A stretch of DNA of 64,000 nt from a virus: the IMG/VR virus record IMGVR_UViG_3300043621_000137, positions 5,815 through 69,814 of that record. One strand, 5' to 3'. Made by a program: the position numbers and the translations under genes. Below are positions 36,364 to 45,543 of the stretch, piece after piece; positions within the stretch are counted from its first letter, which is position 1; the number at the start of each line of letters is the position of its first letter. The notes beneath the pieces were generated by a model, which was given only the letters and a program-made list of their open reading frames with translations, ran no database searches and had not been told where the DNA came from.

Positions 36364-37506
36364 TCAGGTCACCTTCAGGAGGCCCCACTGCCCCGCGTTG
36401 ATCTCGGCGGCCGTCCACGCCGCCCCGGTCGCCGGGTTCACGTCGTAGGGCTGGGTGAGATAGCGGTCGTAAGCGGTCGTCGCGACGCCCTGGGTCGGCC
36501 CGTCGTACTGGACGCCACCCTGGCCGACGACCGGCTTGACCGTGACCGTCCCGTCGGCCTCCTTGCGGAGCAGCAGGTTGGCGTGGACGGCGAGGACGGT
36601 CGCGCCCGCCGGGATGTCTTCGAACTGGTGACAGTCCCGGGTACCCGGCGCGGTCGCGTGGACGTAGGTCGCGTCGCCATCGGGCGCGGGTTTGTCGTTC
36701 ACCTGATCCCAGTTGGGGGTCGCGTCGACCGGCGTCCAGTCGGCGGCGAGCCCGGGACCGTTCGGGAAGATCGTCTTGATGATGCCGTCGCCGAGGAAGT
36801 CGCGCACCTCGGCCCCCCCGCCCCCAAGATCAGCCAGGTAGAGATCGGACATCCGCATGACCAAAAACGGCGCCGTGGTCGACGCGACGGTGAAGAGCTT
36901 CACGCTGTTCCAGGTGCCGAAGTTGGCGACGTCGCTCACCCGCGTGTCGCCCGTGTAGGTCAGGACCGGGATCGTGTTGAGGCGGATCTCGAAGAACCCG
37001 GCCGTGTCATCGATCCGCCACTTGAACTCCAGGTACGCCCAGGCCCCGCTCTGCAGCCCTTCGATGCTATTGCCGAGGTTGACATCGCCCCCGATGCTGA
37101 TGCCGCGCCGGTAGAGGGTGAAGGTGCCGTCGGGGTGGAGTTGCACGCGGAGATGAAAGGGCCCGGCGCCGATGCCCGAGCCCAGGCCCGACTCCTGGAT
37201 CACGAGGAGGCCAAAGGCGGTGAGCTGCGCCTCGGGGCTGCCGATCCGCGTCAGATCGTCGACTTTGATCGCGAACCCGCAGACCCCGCCCGTCTGGGGC
37301 GTCCACAGCCCCGTGCGCGTGGCGAAGGGCGCGATCCCGAGATAGCCGCTCCCGCCGGTGTTATTCGTCGAGACGCGCTTCAGGCAGGGGCCGGTCCGGC
37401 CTTCCGAGACGATCGACCAGGTGACGGCGGCGTCGCTGCGCGTGGTGTACTTGGCCGCGAGGTCGGCGGTGCCGTAGTGCGCCATCCCGTCCATGAAGAG
37501 CAGCAT
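36364..37506 (-). CDS. Lectin/LamG-like tail protein (paralogue B)
   Basis: MLLFMDGMAHY...SDLYL...FLGD...NPATGAAWT. Confidence 0.75.
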   Translation of the reverse strand: MLLFMDGMAHYGTADLAAKYTTRSDAAVTWSIVSEGRTGPCLKRVSTNNTGGSGYLGIAPFATRTGLWTPQTGGVCGFAIKVDDLTRIGSPEAQLTAFGLLVIQESGLGSGIGAGPFHLRVQLHPDGTFTLYRRGISIGGDVNLGNSIEGLQSGAWAYLEFKWRIDDTAGFFEIRLNTIPVLTYTGDTRVSDVANFGTWNSVKLFTVASTTAPFLVMRMSDLYLADLGGGGAEVRDFLGDGIIKTIFPNGPGLAADWTPVDATPNWDQVNDKPAPDGDATYVHATAPGTRDCHQFEDIPAGATVLAVHANLLLRKEADGTVTVKPVVGQGGVQYDGPTQGVATTAYDRYLTQPYDVNPATGAAWTAAEINAGQWGLLKVT

Positions 37507-37528
37507 CGCCGGTCGCGCCTCTCGCCCC

Positions 37529-37783
37529 TCAGCGGGTCCGACCGGGTTTGGTCGTGGCGGGCGGCGTCGCCGGGACTTGGACGGCCTCCGGCCAGATGCT
37601 GTTGGCGACATCCTGCACCAGCTGCGGCCGGCTGGAGACGTCGTCCCCCGGGGTCAGCACGTACCGGAGAAAGGTGCGGGAGATTTCGACGCCGTCTTCG
37701 TCGACGACGGTGTCTTCCCGGACCTGCATCCGCAGGTCTTCGAGGATCTCGATCGAGCCGACGACGATCGTTTTGGTCAGCAT
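37529..37783 (-). CDS. Putative tail-fibre chaperone
   Basis: IEILED..MQVRE...DGVEISRTFLRYVLTPGDDVS; family that follows YEEGTW-type fibres. Confidence 0.65.
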   Translation of the reverse strand: MLTKTIVVGSIEILEDLRMQVREDTVVDEDGVEISRTFLRYVLTPGDDVSSRPQLVQDVANSIWPEAVQVPATPPATTKPGRTR

Positions 37784-39102
37784 TAGGTGTTCGTCCTGTA
37801 GGTCATGGAGCCGCGGAAGCTCGTGCCCGGTGTGACGTACGTCGTGTCGATGGGGCCATCGTGGCCGAGCGCGCTCGCCGCATTCTTGTACACGAGGTAG
37901 GCCTGGGCGGCGCTCGGTTGGAAGTGCAGCTTGACGTCGATCACGTTGCCCGTAATCACCCAGTAGTCGAGTTTCCCCACCCCGTACGAGCCGGGTTCGT
38001 TCACATAGGGCAAGCCGGCCAGGAGGATGTCGCCGGTCGACCAGGTCGCCGCCTGGATTTCCACGAAGAACGTCACGAACACCAGATTGCCGAGGCGGGT
38101 GTACGTCCCGTCTTGCGTGGTGTAGCCGCTCCCCGCGCCGCCCGCCAGACTCACGAGCGTGGGGATCCAGGTGCCTTCTTCGTAGTGGTCGAGGAGTAGG
38201 GGGTTGGAGGAGGTGAGCGGGCAATACACTCCGCCGCTGTGTGTGGTGTAGCGCACCGGAAACGTGACGCCCCCGAACGTGGACTCCACCTGGATCGCTT
38301 GCGTCTTGACGACCGACGCATCGGTCAAGGCCTCAAGAAAGAGGTCGCCCCCGGATTGCAGGAAGCGCCAGGTGCGGCTGTCGACCACGCCCGCCGCGTC
38401 CTGCAGGAGGAGGACGCTCTGGTTGCCAATCGACGCGACGCCCCCACGAGCGGCGACCGCTCCGGCCCCGACGACATCCCCGGTGACATCCAGGTCACTC
38501 TGGAGGGTCGCCGTGCCGACGACCGTCAGCCCTTGCTGCAACCCAGCGTCGCCCCGGACGACGAGCGCCCCTTCGAGGTCTGTCAGGCCCGCCACCTGCA
38601 GGAGCGTCAGGGCGGCCAGGTTGTTGACGTCGAGCCGCGCGTCGAGGATCTGGCGCTGCGTGAACGTGTTCACCTGGTCCGTCCAGGCGGCGTGCACGAG
38701 CGCGTCCGATCCCCCCGGTTCATGGGTCGCGTGGTGCGGCTCGGGCAGCGCGGCGGCCAGCGGGTCGACGCCAATCGCCCCGGTCACGCCGGTGATCCGC
38801 ACCACGCCCAGGCCTGAGCCGTAGAGATCGCCCAGCTTGAGGGGCGAGCTGCCAAACGGACCGAGGGTCAGCCGGCCGACGCCGCCTGGCCCGAGGGTGA
38901 TCCCCGGGCCCCCGGGCGTGCTGCTGACGACGACCGGGCTGGTGTTGAAGACGTCGGCCTGGAGATCGATCTGCTGGAAGGCCAGGCCGGCGACCGAGGC
39001 GCGATCCGGCACGGCCGCCCCCTCGCGGTGGATCGCGTCGAGGAAGTTGACCGACTGGCCCGCCCGGGTGTTGATGCTGACGGCGAAGGCGAGATAGGCC
39101 AT
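37783..39102 (-). CDS. Tail fibre protein
   Basis: HHATHEPGGSD knot, beta-repeat shaft, LDHYEEGTWIPTL...GTYTRLGNLVFV tip. Confidence 0.8.
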   Translation of the reverse strand: MAYLAFAVSINTRAGQSVNFLDAIHREGAAVPDRASVAGLAFQQIDLQADVFNTSPVVVSSTPGGPGITLGPGGVGRLTLGPFGSSPLKLGDLYGSGLGVVRITGVTGAIGVDPLAAALPEPHHATHEPGGSDALVHAAWTDQVNTFTQRQILDARLDVNNLAALTLLQVAGLTDLEGALVVRGDAGLQQGLTVVGTATLQSDLDVTGDVVGAGAVAARGGVASIGNQSVLLLQDAAGVVDSRTWRFLQSGGDLFLEALTDASVVKTQAIQVESTFGGVTFPVRYTTHSGGVYCPLTSSNPLLLDHYEEGTWIPTLVSLAGGAGSGYTTQDGTYTRLGNLVFVTFFVEIQAATWSTGDILLAGLPYVNEPGSYGVGKLDYWVITGNVIDVKLHFQPSAAQAYLVYKNAASALGHDGPIDTTYVTPGTSFRGSMTYRTNT

Positions 39103-39407
39103 TAGAACGGCACTCCCAAGACCGAGAGCGTCGCGCCGGCGCCGATCGCGTAGAAGTCCGAGAGCTTCACCGGCCCGGTGTCAAACGGGCCGATGGGGAC
39201 GACCGCGCCGACCGCCAGCTGCGTGCCCGTGCCGAGCGTGACGGTGGGGTCGCCGCCGATCGCCGCCGAGGCGCCCGTCGCCTGGAACAGCAGCTGGCGG
39301 AACGGGACGTTGTGGTCCGCGCGGACCACGCCCGTCCCGTCCCCGAGCGCGTCGCTCACGCGCTTGGCGGTCCCGGCCAGCGGCAGGGAGTAGGAGTTGG
39401 CGGCCAT
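39102..39407 (-). CDS. Small virion protein, paralogous to the fibre N-terminus
   Basis: IGPFDTGPVKLSDFY versus LGPFGSSPLKLGDLY in the fibre. Confidence 0.65.
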   Translation of the reverse strand: MAANSYSLPLAGTAKRVSDALGDGTGVVRADHNVPFRQLLFQATGASAAIGGDPTVTLGTGTQLAVGAVVPIGPFDTGPVKLSDFYAIGAGATLSVLGVPF

Positions 39408-39421
39408 CCGAACCTCCGGGG

Positions 39422-39715
39422 TTAGCGCTCGTCGATCGTGCCGGGCCGGCGGTCCTGGAGCGTCGGCGGCGGCGGCGGCTGCTCGGCTGGCTGGTAGCGG
39501 TTCGGGAGCGACGGCAGGCCGGAGACCGAGTTTTCCGTCTCCTGGCCGCTGGTGAGGGTCGGCACCGGGTCGTTCGTCCAGATCGGCTGCAGCGCGTTCG
39601 GGCTGTCGATGGTGATGAGCGGCTCGGTCCCGCTCGACGTCACGCCGTCGCCACCGAGATCGGCGGACGACGTGGGCATCACGGGGTTGTCCCAGAAGGT
39701 TTTCAGATCAGCCAT
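39422..39715 (-). CDS. Hypothetical virion-module protein
   Basis: AGGAG RBS; 97 aa. Confidence 0.65.
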   Translation of the reverse strand: MADLKTFWDNPVMPTSSADLGGDGVTSSGTEPLITIDSPNALQPIWTNDPVPTLTSGQETENSVSGLPSLPNRYQPAEQPPPPPTLQDRRPGTIDER

Positions 39716-39733
39716 GGGGGTCTCCTGCTAAGG

Positions 39734-40450
39734 CTACGCACATGCACATGCATCGGTCGCGCGCGGGTCGCCGGTCGACGCGCCGCACGCCTCGGGCCAG
39801 CTGTCCCAGAGGTCGTCGGGGTACTGTTCGTCGTCGCGGAGCGAGAGCATCTGCACGCCGTACTTGAACTCGGCCGCTTTCGTTTGCGCGAGTCCCGCGT
39901 TGAAGTACGGGTTCGGCCGCTCGCCGGTGCCCGGCCAGAGCGCCGCTTGCGCGAGCGCCCCGGTGACGAGCACCTCGGCCCCGTCGCCGAGGACGCCGCT
40001 GAAGGTCTCGCCGTCGGTCAGCCGATCGCCCTGGCGGTGGTAGACCGCCGTGAGGGTCACCGGGCTGCCCGCCGGATACAGGCGATAGCGCGCCTGGCCG
40101 ACGGTCGGCGGCGTCGTCGAGGGCGAGGTCGCGATGAGCTGGGTGGGCGGACCCGTCGCACTGAGCGAGGGGTCCGCCGCCAGCAGCGTGTCAATCGAGC
40201 CCGTGAAGGGCAGCCGCACCTGGCGGGCTTGATCAACCACGACCTTGAAGCTCGCGAAGTCGGGCGGCAGCACGATCGCCGTGTCGCCGGGGAGCGTCGT
40301 GATCGACAGCTCCCCGCGCATGAAGCCCCAGCGGCGCGCCGCGAGGAGTTGCTTCCAGGCGGTCTGGACCCACTCGCGCGCGAGGAACGTCGGGGCGGAC
40401 GGGCAGTAGAGCCGCACCGTCCGCCACGCGAAGCCGAAGTCTTCCGCCAT
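39734..40450 (-). CDS. Adaptor / tubular protein A-like
   Basis: WGF...LPPDF...LYPA...LVTGALAQA adaptor pattern; downstream of the capsid genes. Confidence 0.65.
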   Translation of the reverse strand: MAEDFGFAWRTVRLYCPSAPTFLAREWVQTAWKQLLAARRWGFMRGELSITTLPGDTAIVLPPDFASFKVVVDQARQVRLPFTGSIDTLLAADPSLSATGPPTQLIATSPSTTPPTVGQARYRLYPAGSPVTLTAVYHRQGDRLTDGETFSGVLGDGAEVLVTGALAQAALWPGTGERPNPYFNAGLAQTKAAEFKYGVQMLSLRDDEQYPDDLWDSWPEACGASTGDPRATDACACA

Positions 40451-40466
40451 CGGGGGTGACGATCGG

Positions 40467-40784
40467 CTAGGTGCCGATCACCTCGATGGGCGCGCTGAAG
40501 GTCGAGAGGTTCACGCCGCCCGCGACCTCCACGAACCCGGCGGCCCCGTCCACATACCACATCATCTTGCCCGTGGTCGGGTTGTAGAGGGACAGGCGGA
40601 CGCCGCCCGCCGCGTCGAGCGCCTGGCCGCCGAGGATCACGATGATCTTCCCGAGCCCGAAGGTCGCCGCGCTGACCGGCTCGCCCCCGCTCACGTAGGG
40701 GTTCGGGCCGGTCCAGCGGGCGACCCGGCGGAGGAAGCTGCTCGACGCATCGAAGTAGTTGCCGACACTGCGATCAAGTGGCAT
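40467..40784 (-). CDS. Putative head decoration protein
   Basis: AAGGAGG RBS; GPNPYVSGGE...EVAGGVNLS...IEVIG. Confidence 0.6.
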   Translation of the reverse strand: MPLDRSVGNYFDASSSFLRRVARWTGPNPYVSGGEPVSAATFGLGKIIVILGGQALDAAGGVRLSLYNPTTGKMMWYVDGAAGFVEVAGGVNLSTFSAPIEVIGT

Positions 40785-40795
40785 GGTCGGCCTCC

Positions 40796-41365
40796 TTAGA
40801 AGTTCTCGGTGCTGATGTCGAGGTCGCAGAGCACCTTCTGGTTGCCAGTGCCGCCGGTCACATCGGTCACCTTCGGCGACGAGATCGTCCCGAGCGCGGC
40901 CGTGCTGGGCGCCGTGCCCGCCGCGACGAGCACCGCCAGATCGGTCGCCCCGCCGACGAGCATGTCGGCGCCGGCGACCGCGGCGGTCACGTTCGCGTCC
41001 GAGGCACGCACCAGGCACGGCCCCCCGAGCTGGATGCAGGTGTAGTTGCCGCGGGTCGCCACGTTGTTGATGACGCCGGCCAGCTGGTTGAGCAGGGCGC
41101 CGCCGGCGGTCGTGACCTTGTAGGTGCCGCGGTCGGACCAGTAGACCGGCTGGCCGGCCTTGGGCGCGGCGGCCGCGGCCGCGTCCACCTGCACGATCTG
41201 GAAGCGGCGCGTGCGCGGGGGCGTGGCGGGCGTCGCGCGACTCTGCGGGTACTGCTGCGTGAACCGGGCGCCGAGGGTGCCGGGCTCCATCAGGGTCGCG
41301 GCGTTCTCGGCGAGCGGGTCGCCGCTCTGGATGTAGACGGCGTTTTGTTCGTAGACGCTGGGCAT
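40796..41365 (-). CDS. Capsid cement / decoration protein
   Basis: Directly after the major capsid gene; GNYTCIQLGG beta-rich pattern. Confidence 0.6.
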   Translation of the reverse strand: MPSVYEQNAVYIQSGDPLAENAATLMEPGTLGARFTQQYPQSRATPATPPRTRRFQIVQVDAAAAAAPKAGQPVYWSDRGTYKVTTAGGALLNQLAGVINNVATRGNYTCIQLGGPCLVRASDANVTAAVAGADMLVGGATDLAVLVAAGTAPSTAALGTISSPKVTDVTGGTGNQKVLCDLDISTENF

Positions 41366-41412
41366 GATGAACTCCTTCTCTGCTGTTGATGCCTATGCAT
41401 CTAGCCCAGCGG

Positions 41413-42465
41413 CTAGCTGCCGATCCCCGAGATCACGCGCGAGAGCCGGAGGGCTTTCACGGTGAGGTTGCCGGCGAACAGGATCTGCCCGGCGACCTGG
41501 TTGTCCTGCCGCGCGCCCTTGAAGCCGGTGAAGCCGAACGCGAACTTCCGGCTCTGCGCGATGTAGAGGCGGATGTAGGCGTCGTCACCCTGGGGGCCGA
41601 AGTTCAGCCACCAGAAGGTTTCGTTCGGCGCGTAGTAGCTGCCGAGGTCCACGTCGTTCACGCCGTCGGCCCCGGGGCAGTACTGGCTCATCGTGATCGT
41701 GGCCTTGTCGAACTTCATGCCCGGCCAGTTGATCTCGGGCTGGGTCGTGTCCACGATCTGGTGGGGCAGGAAGTTCTCCGCGATGTAGCCCATGCAGCGG
41801 TTGGTCGTGATGCCGATGGTGGGCGCTTCGTTCCCAATGATGCAGCTGAAGTAGCTATGCCGCAGCACGCGGTAGGAGATGGGTGCGCCGCCCAGGTCTT
41901 GGGCGATGAGGCCGGCGGGCGGGTCGAGCGCGGGGCTGACGTCGGTGCGCGTCTGGCCGCCGTAGGAGGGGAAGATGTTCCCGGCCCAGCTAGCCGTCGT
42001 GCCGTTATTGAGCGCCTCTTCGAGCCCGTTCATCTCCATCGAGCGATCGTCGCCGGCCAGGGCCTGGCCGTGGTGGAAGGCGGCGATTTCGAGGATCGCG
42101 CTCATCGTGAGCGAGGCCTGCGCCATGTCGGTGCGGATCACGCTGAAGGCCGCGCGCGGGCCCGCCAGCTCGACTTCCAGGTCTTCGAGGAACTCGGTGA
42201 TGCCGACCTGGTAGTAGCGCGGGCCGAAGAGCAGGCCCGTGCGGGTCTGCCGGCGGGTGATGTCGAACGAGCTGCCCTTCTTGTACGCGCCGCCCTTCAT
42301 CGGCTTGTACATGAAGTTCTCTTGAATCTGCGGCCCGATCCACTTGCGGTTGAATCGGGACTTCGCCATCGCGATGAACGGGCCGGCTTTGAAATAGCCG
42401 TCGACCACCCCAGGCTCGATCTCCTTGGTGACGGTCGTGTTGACTTCGTCGAGCTGAATTGCCAC
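41413..42465 (-). CDS. Major capsid protein
   Basis: 350 aa, AGGAGG RBS, follows the scaffold; HK97-like features (MNGLEEAL, terminal GNLTV..LR....I.G). Confidence 0.8.
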   Translation of the reverse strand: MAIQLDEVNTTVTKEIEPGVVDGYFKAGPFIAMAKSRFNRKWIGPQIQENFMYKPMKGGAYKKGSSFDITRRQTRTGLLFGPRYYQVGITEFLEDLEVELAGPRAAFSVIRTDMAQASLTMSAILEIAAFHHGQALAGDDRSMEMNGLEEALNNGTTASWAGNIFPSYGGQTRTDVSPALDPPAGLIAQDLGGAPISYRVLRHSYFSCIIGNEAPTIGITTNRCMGYIAENFLPHQIVDTTQPEINWPGMKFDKATITMSQYCPGADGVNDVDLGSYYAPNETFWWLNFGPQGDDAYIRLYIAQSRKFAFGFTGFKGARQDNQVAGQILFAGNLTVKALRLSRVISGIGS

Positions 42466-42541
42466 GGGAGCCTCCTAAGTGCGGATGCGCTCGACGAGGT
42501 CGACAGCGCGCCTGCGCGCCATGCGTGCGGTCTGCCGCACG

Positions 42542-43330
42542 CTAGCCCTGCTTGGCCGAGACCAGCCGCTCGTACTCCGCGACCGCCGAGTCCAGCGTGT
42601 GGACGGCGGGCCCCTCTTTGGTCTGGAGCACATCGAGCGGCGAGGACTCTTGCCGCAGCGGGAACGGATGGCTGCTGCTGGTTTGCTTGAGGCGATCGCC
42701 CAGGCGCTTGTCGACTTCGTCGTTGATCCGCTTGTCCTCTGCCTCTTGTTGTTTCTTCTGGATCCGCTCGCCGTAGCGTTCGAGATACGCGTCCTGCAGC
42801 GAGTAGACCCGCCCGGGTTGGCCGTAGACGGGTTTGCCGAGTTTCGGGTTGGCGACCAGCTCGGTCATGTCGAGTGGTTCGTTGAAGAGGTGCGAGTGCC
42901 GCGCGCCTTGCGTCGCCAGGAACGCACTGACCGCGATGTAGTCGCGGCCCGCCTCGTTGACCGCGTCATTGGCGATCCGGCGGATGTCGTCCTGGGTCAG
43001 CGCGAGGTTGCCGCCGGCGGCCGGCGCGGCCGGGTGGGCGGGCGCGGGGGCCGGATCGCCCTGCCCCGGCCGCCCGTCGAGCACCGCCTTGTTCTCGGCG
43101 TACCAGCCATCGAGCCGCGTGTAGTACTCGTTCAGCACTTGTTCCTTTTCCCGAATCCCGTCCATCGAGCGGCTGTAGTCGCTGCGGGCGAGCGCGCCGT
43201 CGCCGAGCAAGGTGACGGCCTCTTTGGCCTCCGCGGCGTTGAAGATCGCCTTCGCCTGTGCCTGCTGCTCCGCGGGGAGCTTGGCGAGCACGCCAGCGAG
43301 GAATGATTGGCCCGACTCGAAGGCACCCAT
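42542..43330 (-). CDS. Capsid scaffolding protein
   Basis: Helical, DYSRSMD motif, upstream of the capsid gene; AAGGAG RBS. Confidence 0.7.
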   Translation of the reverse strand: MGAFESGQSFLAGVLAKLPAEQQAQAKAIFNAAEAKEAVTLLGDGALARSDYSRSMDGIREKEQVLNEYYTRLDGWYAENKAVLDGRPGQGDPAPAPAHPAAPAAGGNLALTQDDIRRIANDAVNEAGRDYIAVSAFLATQGARHSHLFNEPLDMTELVANPKLGKPVYGQPGRVYSLQDAYLERYGERIQKKQQEAEDKRINDEVDKRLGDRLKQTSSSHPFPLRQESSPLDVLQTKEGPAVHTLDSAVAEYERLVSAKQG

Positions 43331-43504
43331 CGTTCGTTCTCCTTCCCCGGTTGAGGCAAGAGCCCGCGCGGCCCTCCGCCGGGATGGCGGGCGAGGCGAC
43401 GCGAGGAAAGCTCCTCTCGTTCAGGGCGTGGTGGTCGTCGTGGTCGTCGGCGGGGTCGTCGGAGGCGTCGTCGTCGGCAGCCGCGAGCGCGGGCGGCGCG
43501 TCGG

Positions 43505-43912
43505 CTAAATCTGGGCCATCAGGGGCGACGGTTTGCTGGGGGCCGCCGGGTCGAGCGGCACCGCGCGCGGCGGCTGCAGGTCGAAGGTCAGCGTGTTGCT
43601 CTCCTGGCCGTCGGGGTTCCGCACGAGGCACGCGAGCGTGTCCGGGCCCTGCCAGAGCGGCATGTGCATGCCGGTGACGAGCTCCCCCTCGGAGAAGTAG
43701 GCGGTCGGCTCGTCCTGCCCCGCAAACACGATGACGGCGTTCGCGTCGAACCCGGCCCCGAGCACCCGCAGCGAGAAGGACGGGTCGCCGACGGCGGCCG
43801 AGGCCGGGGCGAGCGCCATGACGACAGGCGCGAGCGGCCCGTCGGCGTTCCGGGCCACGGGGGTGAGGGGATGCGCGTGGACGACGGGCGTGGGCATTCT
43901 CTCGTAGGCCAT
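43505..43912 (-). CDS. IPT/TIG Ig-like domain protein
   Basis: LAPASAAVGDPSFSLRVLGAGF...VRNPDGQESNTLTF. Confidence 0.75.
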   Translation of the reverse strand: MAYERMPTPVVHAHPLTPVARNADGPLAPVVMALAPASAAVGDPSFSLRVLGAGFDANAVIVFAGQDEPTAYFSEGELVTGMHMPLWQGPDTLACLVRNPDGQESNTLTFDLQPPRAVPLDPAAPSKPSPLMAQI

Positions 43913-43925
43913 GTGTCAGGTCTCC

Positions 43926-44351
43926 TTACACGGTGCCCGGGCCGGCGATGCCGCGGTCCATGCCCCCGCCGGGGAAGGCCGACCCGGCGGCCGTCGGGGA
44001 CGCCGCGCCCGCGCCGGCGCCCATGAGCCCAGCGAGATACTGCTGCACCATGTCCTTGATGAGCGAGAGCTGCGGGCCCTGGTCGGGGGTAATCTGCGCC
44101 CAGCTGTCGATCAGATCCGACATCGCCTGCGCCGATTGCGTGATGCCGGTCAGGACTTCGGGCGGCATCCCTTGGCTCGGAATCCCGCCGCCCCCGCCCG
44201 GACCGCCGGGCCCGGGGCCCGCGATGCCGCGCATGGAAAAGCCGGAGCCGGCGTCCCCCATCGGGGTGGGCGAGGGCGGCGGGGAATCAAGCGCGGGCGC
44301 CCCAGGCGACGGGCCCAGGCCGGGGAAGCCGCCGCCGCTTGGAAAAGGCAT
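43926..44351 (-). CDS. Gly/Pro-rich head-module protein
   Basis: GGAGG RBS, TAATG coupling. Confidence 0.65.
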   Translation of the reverse strand: MPFPSGGGFPGLGPSPGAPALDSPPPSPTPMGDAGSGFSMRGIAGPGPGGPGGGGGIPSQGMPPEVLTGITQSAQAMSDLIDSWAQITPDQGPQLSLIKDMVQQYLAGLMGAGAGAASPTAAGSAFPGGGMDRGIAGPGTV

Positions 44352-44683
44352 TAGCGTCTCCCTCCGCGCATCGTGCGCGAGAACGTGCGTTTCGCCATGA
44401 CCGCCGGCTTGGCGAGGTCAGCGTCACTGCCCATCGGGCCCTCGGCCGAGACCATCGGCTTGGCGGCGAGTGTGGGCGCCGCCGCGATCGGCGCCGCCTG
44501 GCCGAGGCCGCCAGGGGCGCCCGCCAGCGACTTGGCCGCCAGCGCCGCCCCCGCCATCCCGCCAGGCGGCGCCCCCGGGGCCGCGGGCTTCGCCGCCATC
44601 CCCGGGAGGCCGATCGCCCCGCCGACCTTGGCGACGCCGGGGACCTTCCCGAGCGCCCCGCCGATCGCGCCCATGATGCCCAT
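44351..44683 (-). CDS. Small basic Ala/Gly protein ending MRGGRR
   Basis: TAATG coupling. Confidence 0.65.
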   Translation of the reverse strand: MGIMGAIGGALGKVPGVAKVGGAIGLPGMAAKPAAPGAPPGGMAGAALAAKSLAGAPGGLGQAAPIAAAPTLAAKPMVSAEGPMGSDADLAKPAVMAKRTFSRTMRGGRR

Positions 44684-44850
44684 TAGCGCCTCCCGCGGCC
44701 CGTGAGCGACCGCCCGCCGCGCATCGGCTTGGTCGCGGTCGTCCGCTTGTTGAAGTCCTGCGCGGCCATCGACCCCTTTTGGAGCGACGGGTCGGCGTTC
44801 TTGCTGAAGACGACCGCGCGCTCGGGGCTCGGCGCCTTGCTGACCGTCAT
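44683..44850 (-). CDS. Small basic protein ending MRGGRSLTGRGRR
   Basis: 55 aa, packed between neighbours. Confidence 0.6.
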   Translation of the reverse strand: MTVSKAPSPERAVVFSKNADPSLQKGSMAAQDFNKRTTATKPMRGGRSLTGRGRR

Positions 44851-44858
44851 CCGCGCGC

Positions 44859-45047
44859 TCACCGGCCGCCGCCGCTCATCGAGCGGCCTCCAGGGTTCAT
44901 GAGCTTCTTCTGCGCGGGGGCCACGCGGCCGGTTTTGCGCTTGCCCTTGCGCCCGAACGACTGCTTGCTGAAGCTCGGCGCGGCGTGCGCGTCTGGGACG
45001 TCGGCGTCGCGCGGGCCGGATTTCTTCTGGAAGGGGACAAAGGGCAT
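44859..45047 (-). CDS. Small basic protein ending GGRSMSGGGR
   Basis: AGGAG RBS; 62 aa. Confidence 0.6.
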   Translation of the reverse strand: MPFVPFQKKSGPRDADVPDAHAAPSFSKQSFGRKGKRKTGRVAPAQKKLMNPGGRSMSGGGR

Positions 45048-45056
45048 GGTTGGCTC

Positions 45057-45233
45057 CTAGCGCTTCAGGCCCGTCGACGGCACCGTCACCGGCGACGGCG
45101 AGAGCTTGGGCGGGGGCGGCGGGCCACCCCGCGTGGCGCTCGGGCCCGGGCTCGGGACGCGTGGGGCGGCCGGCGCGCTCGATCGCTTGGCGCTCACCCG
45201 CGCGATCATCTGCTCGAAGGATTCTTTGCTCAT
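45057..45233 (-). CDS. Small basic Pro-rich protein
   Basis: ATGA overlap; MSKESFEQMIARV... Confidence 0.55.
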   Translation of the reverse strand: MSKESFEQMIARVSAKRSSAPAAPRVPSPGPSATRGGPPPPPKLSPSPVTVPSTGLKR

Positions 45234-45397
45234 CGCTTCGACAGGCTCCGGGGCGCGGACGCGGACACGCCATGCCACTTCTTCCCGAGTGCGGGCTTCT
45301 TGTTCGCGGTGGCGTAGAAGATCGACTCGCCCTTGCCGGGGCCGTACTCGGTCTGCATCGATCGCAGCACTTTGGTGCCCGAGGGGGTGAGCGGCAT
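45230..45397 (-). CDS. Conserved small basic phage protein (55 aa; not in the ORF track)
   Basis: MPLTPSGTKVLRSMQTEYGPGKGESIFYATANKK matches the MPLT..G......M...YG..KG...FYA..NK pattern. Confidence 0.7.
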   Translation of the reverse strand: MPLTPSGTKVLRSMQTEYGPGKGESIFYATANKKPALGKKWHGVSASAPRSLSKR

Positions 45398-45408
45398 GGC
45401 TGAGCGTT

Positions 45409-45445
45409 AGGCTCCGATGAGAATGCGGGGGCGTCAAGATCCCCC
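45409..45445 (-). promoter_or_regulatory. Late promoter motif, copy C
   Basis: GGGGGATC-TTGACG-N17-GAGCCT. Confidence 0.6.
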
Positions 45446-45543
45446 TCGGCGGCGGGGTGGGGTGGACGCGCCACGTGACGCCAGCACGGCAGGCAGGGCA
45501 GCCCGCCGCTCCCAGGCCGGCGCCCGCGCGGGCGCGTCCACGT

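Noticed and set aside
33939-39102. Diversity-generating retroelement acting on tail genes
   Set aside because: No reverse transcriptase and no adenine-specific TR/VR pair; the paralogues diverge throughout
43422-43507. Stop readthrough or frameshift adding a Thr/Pro or acidic tail to the TIG protein
   Set aside because: No slippery site or readthrough context identified; may be a low-complexity spacer
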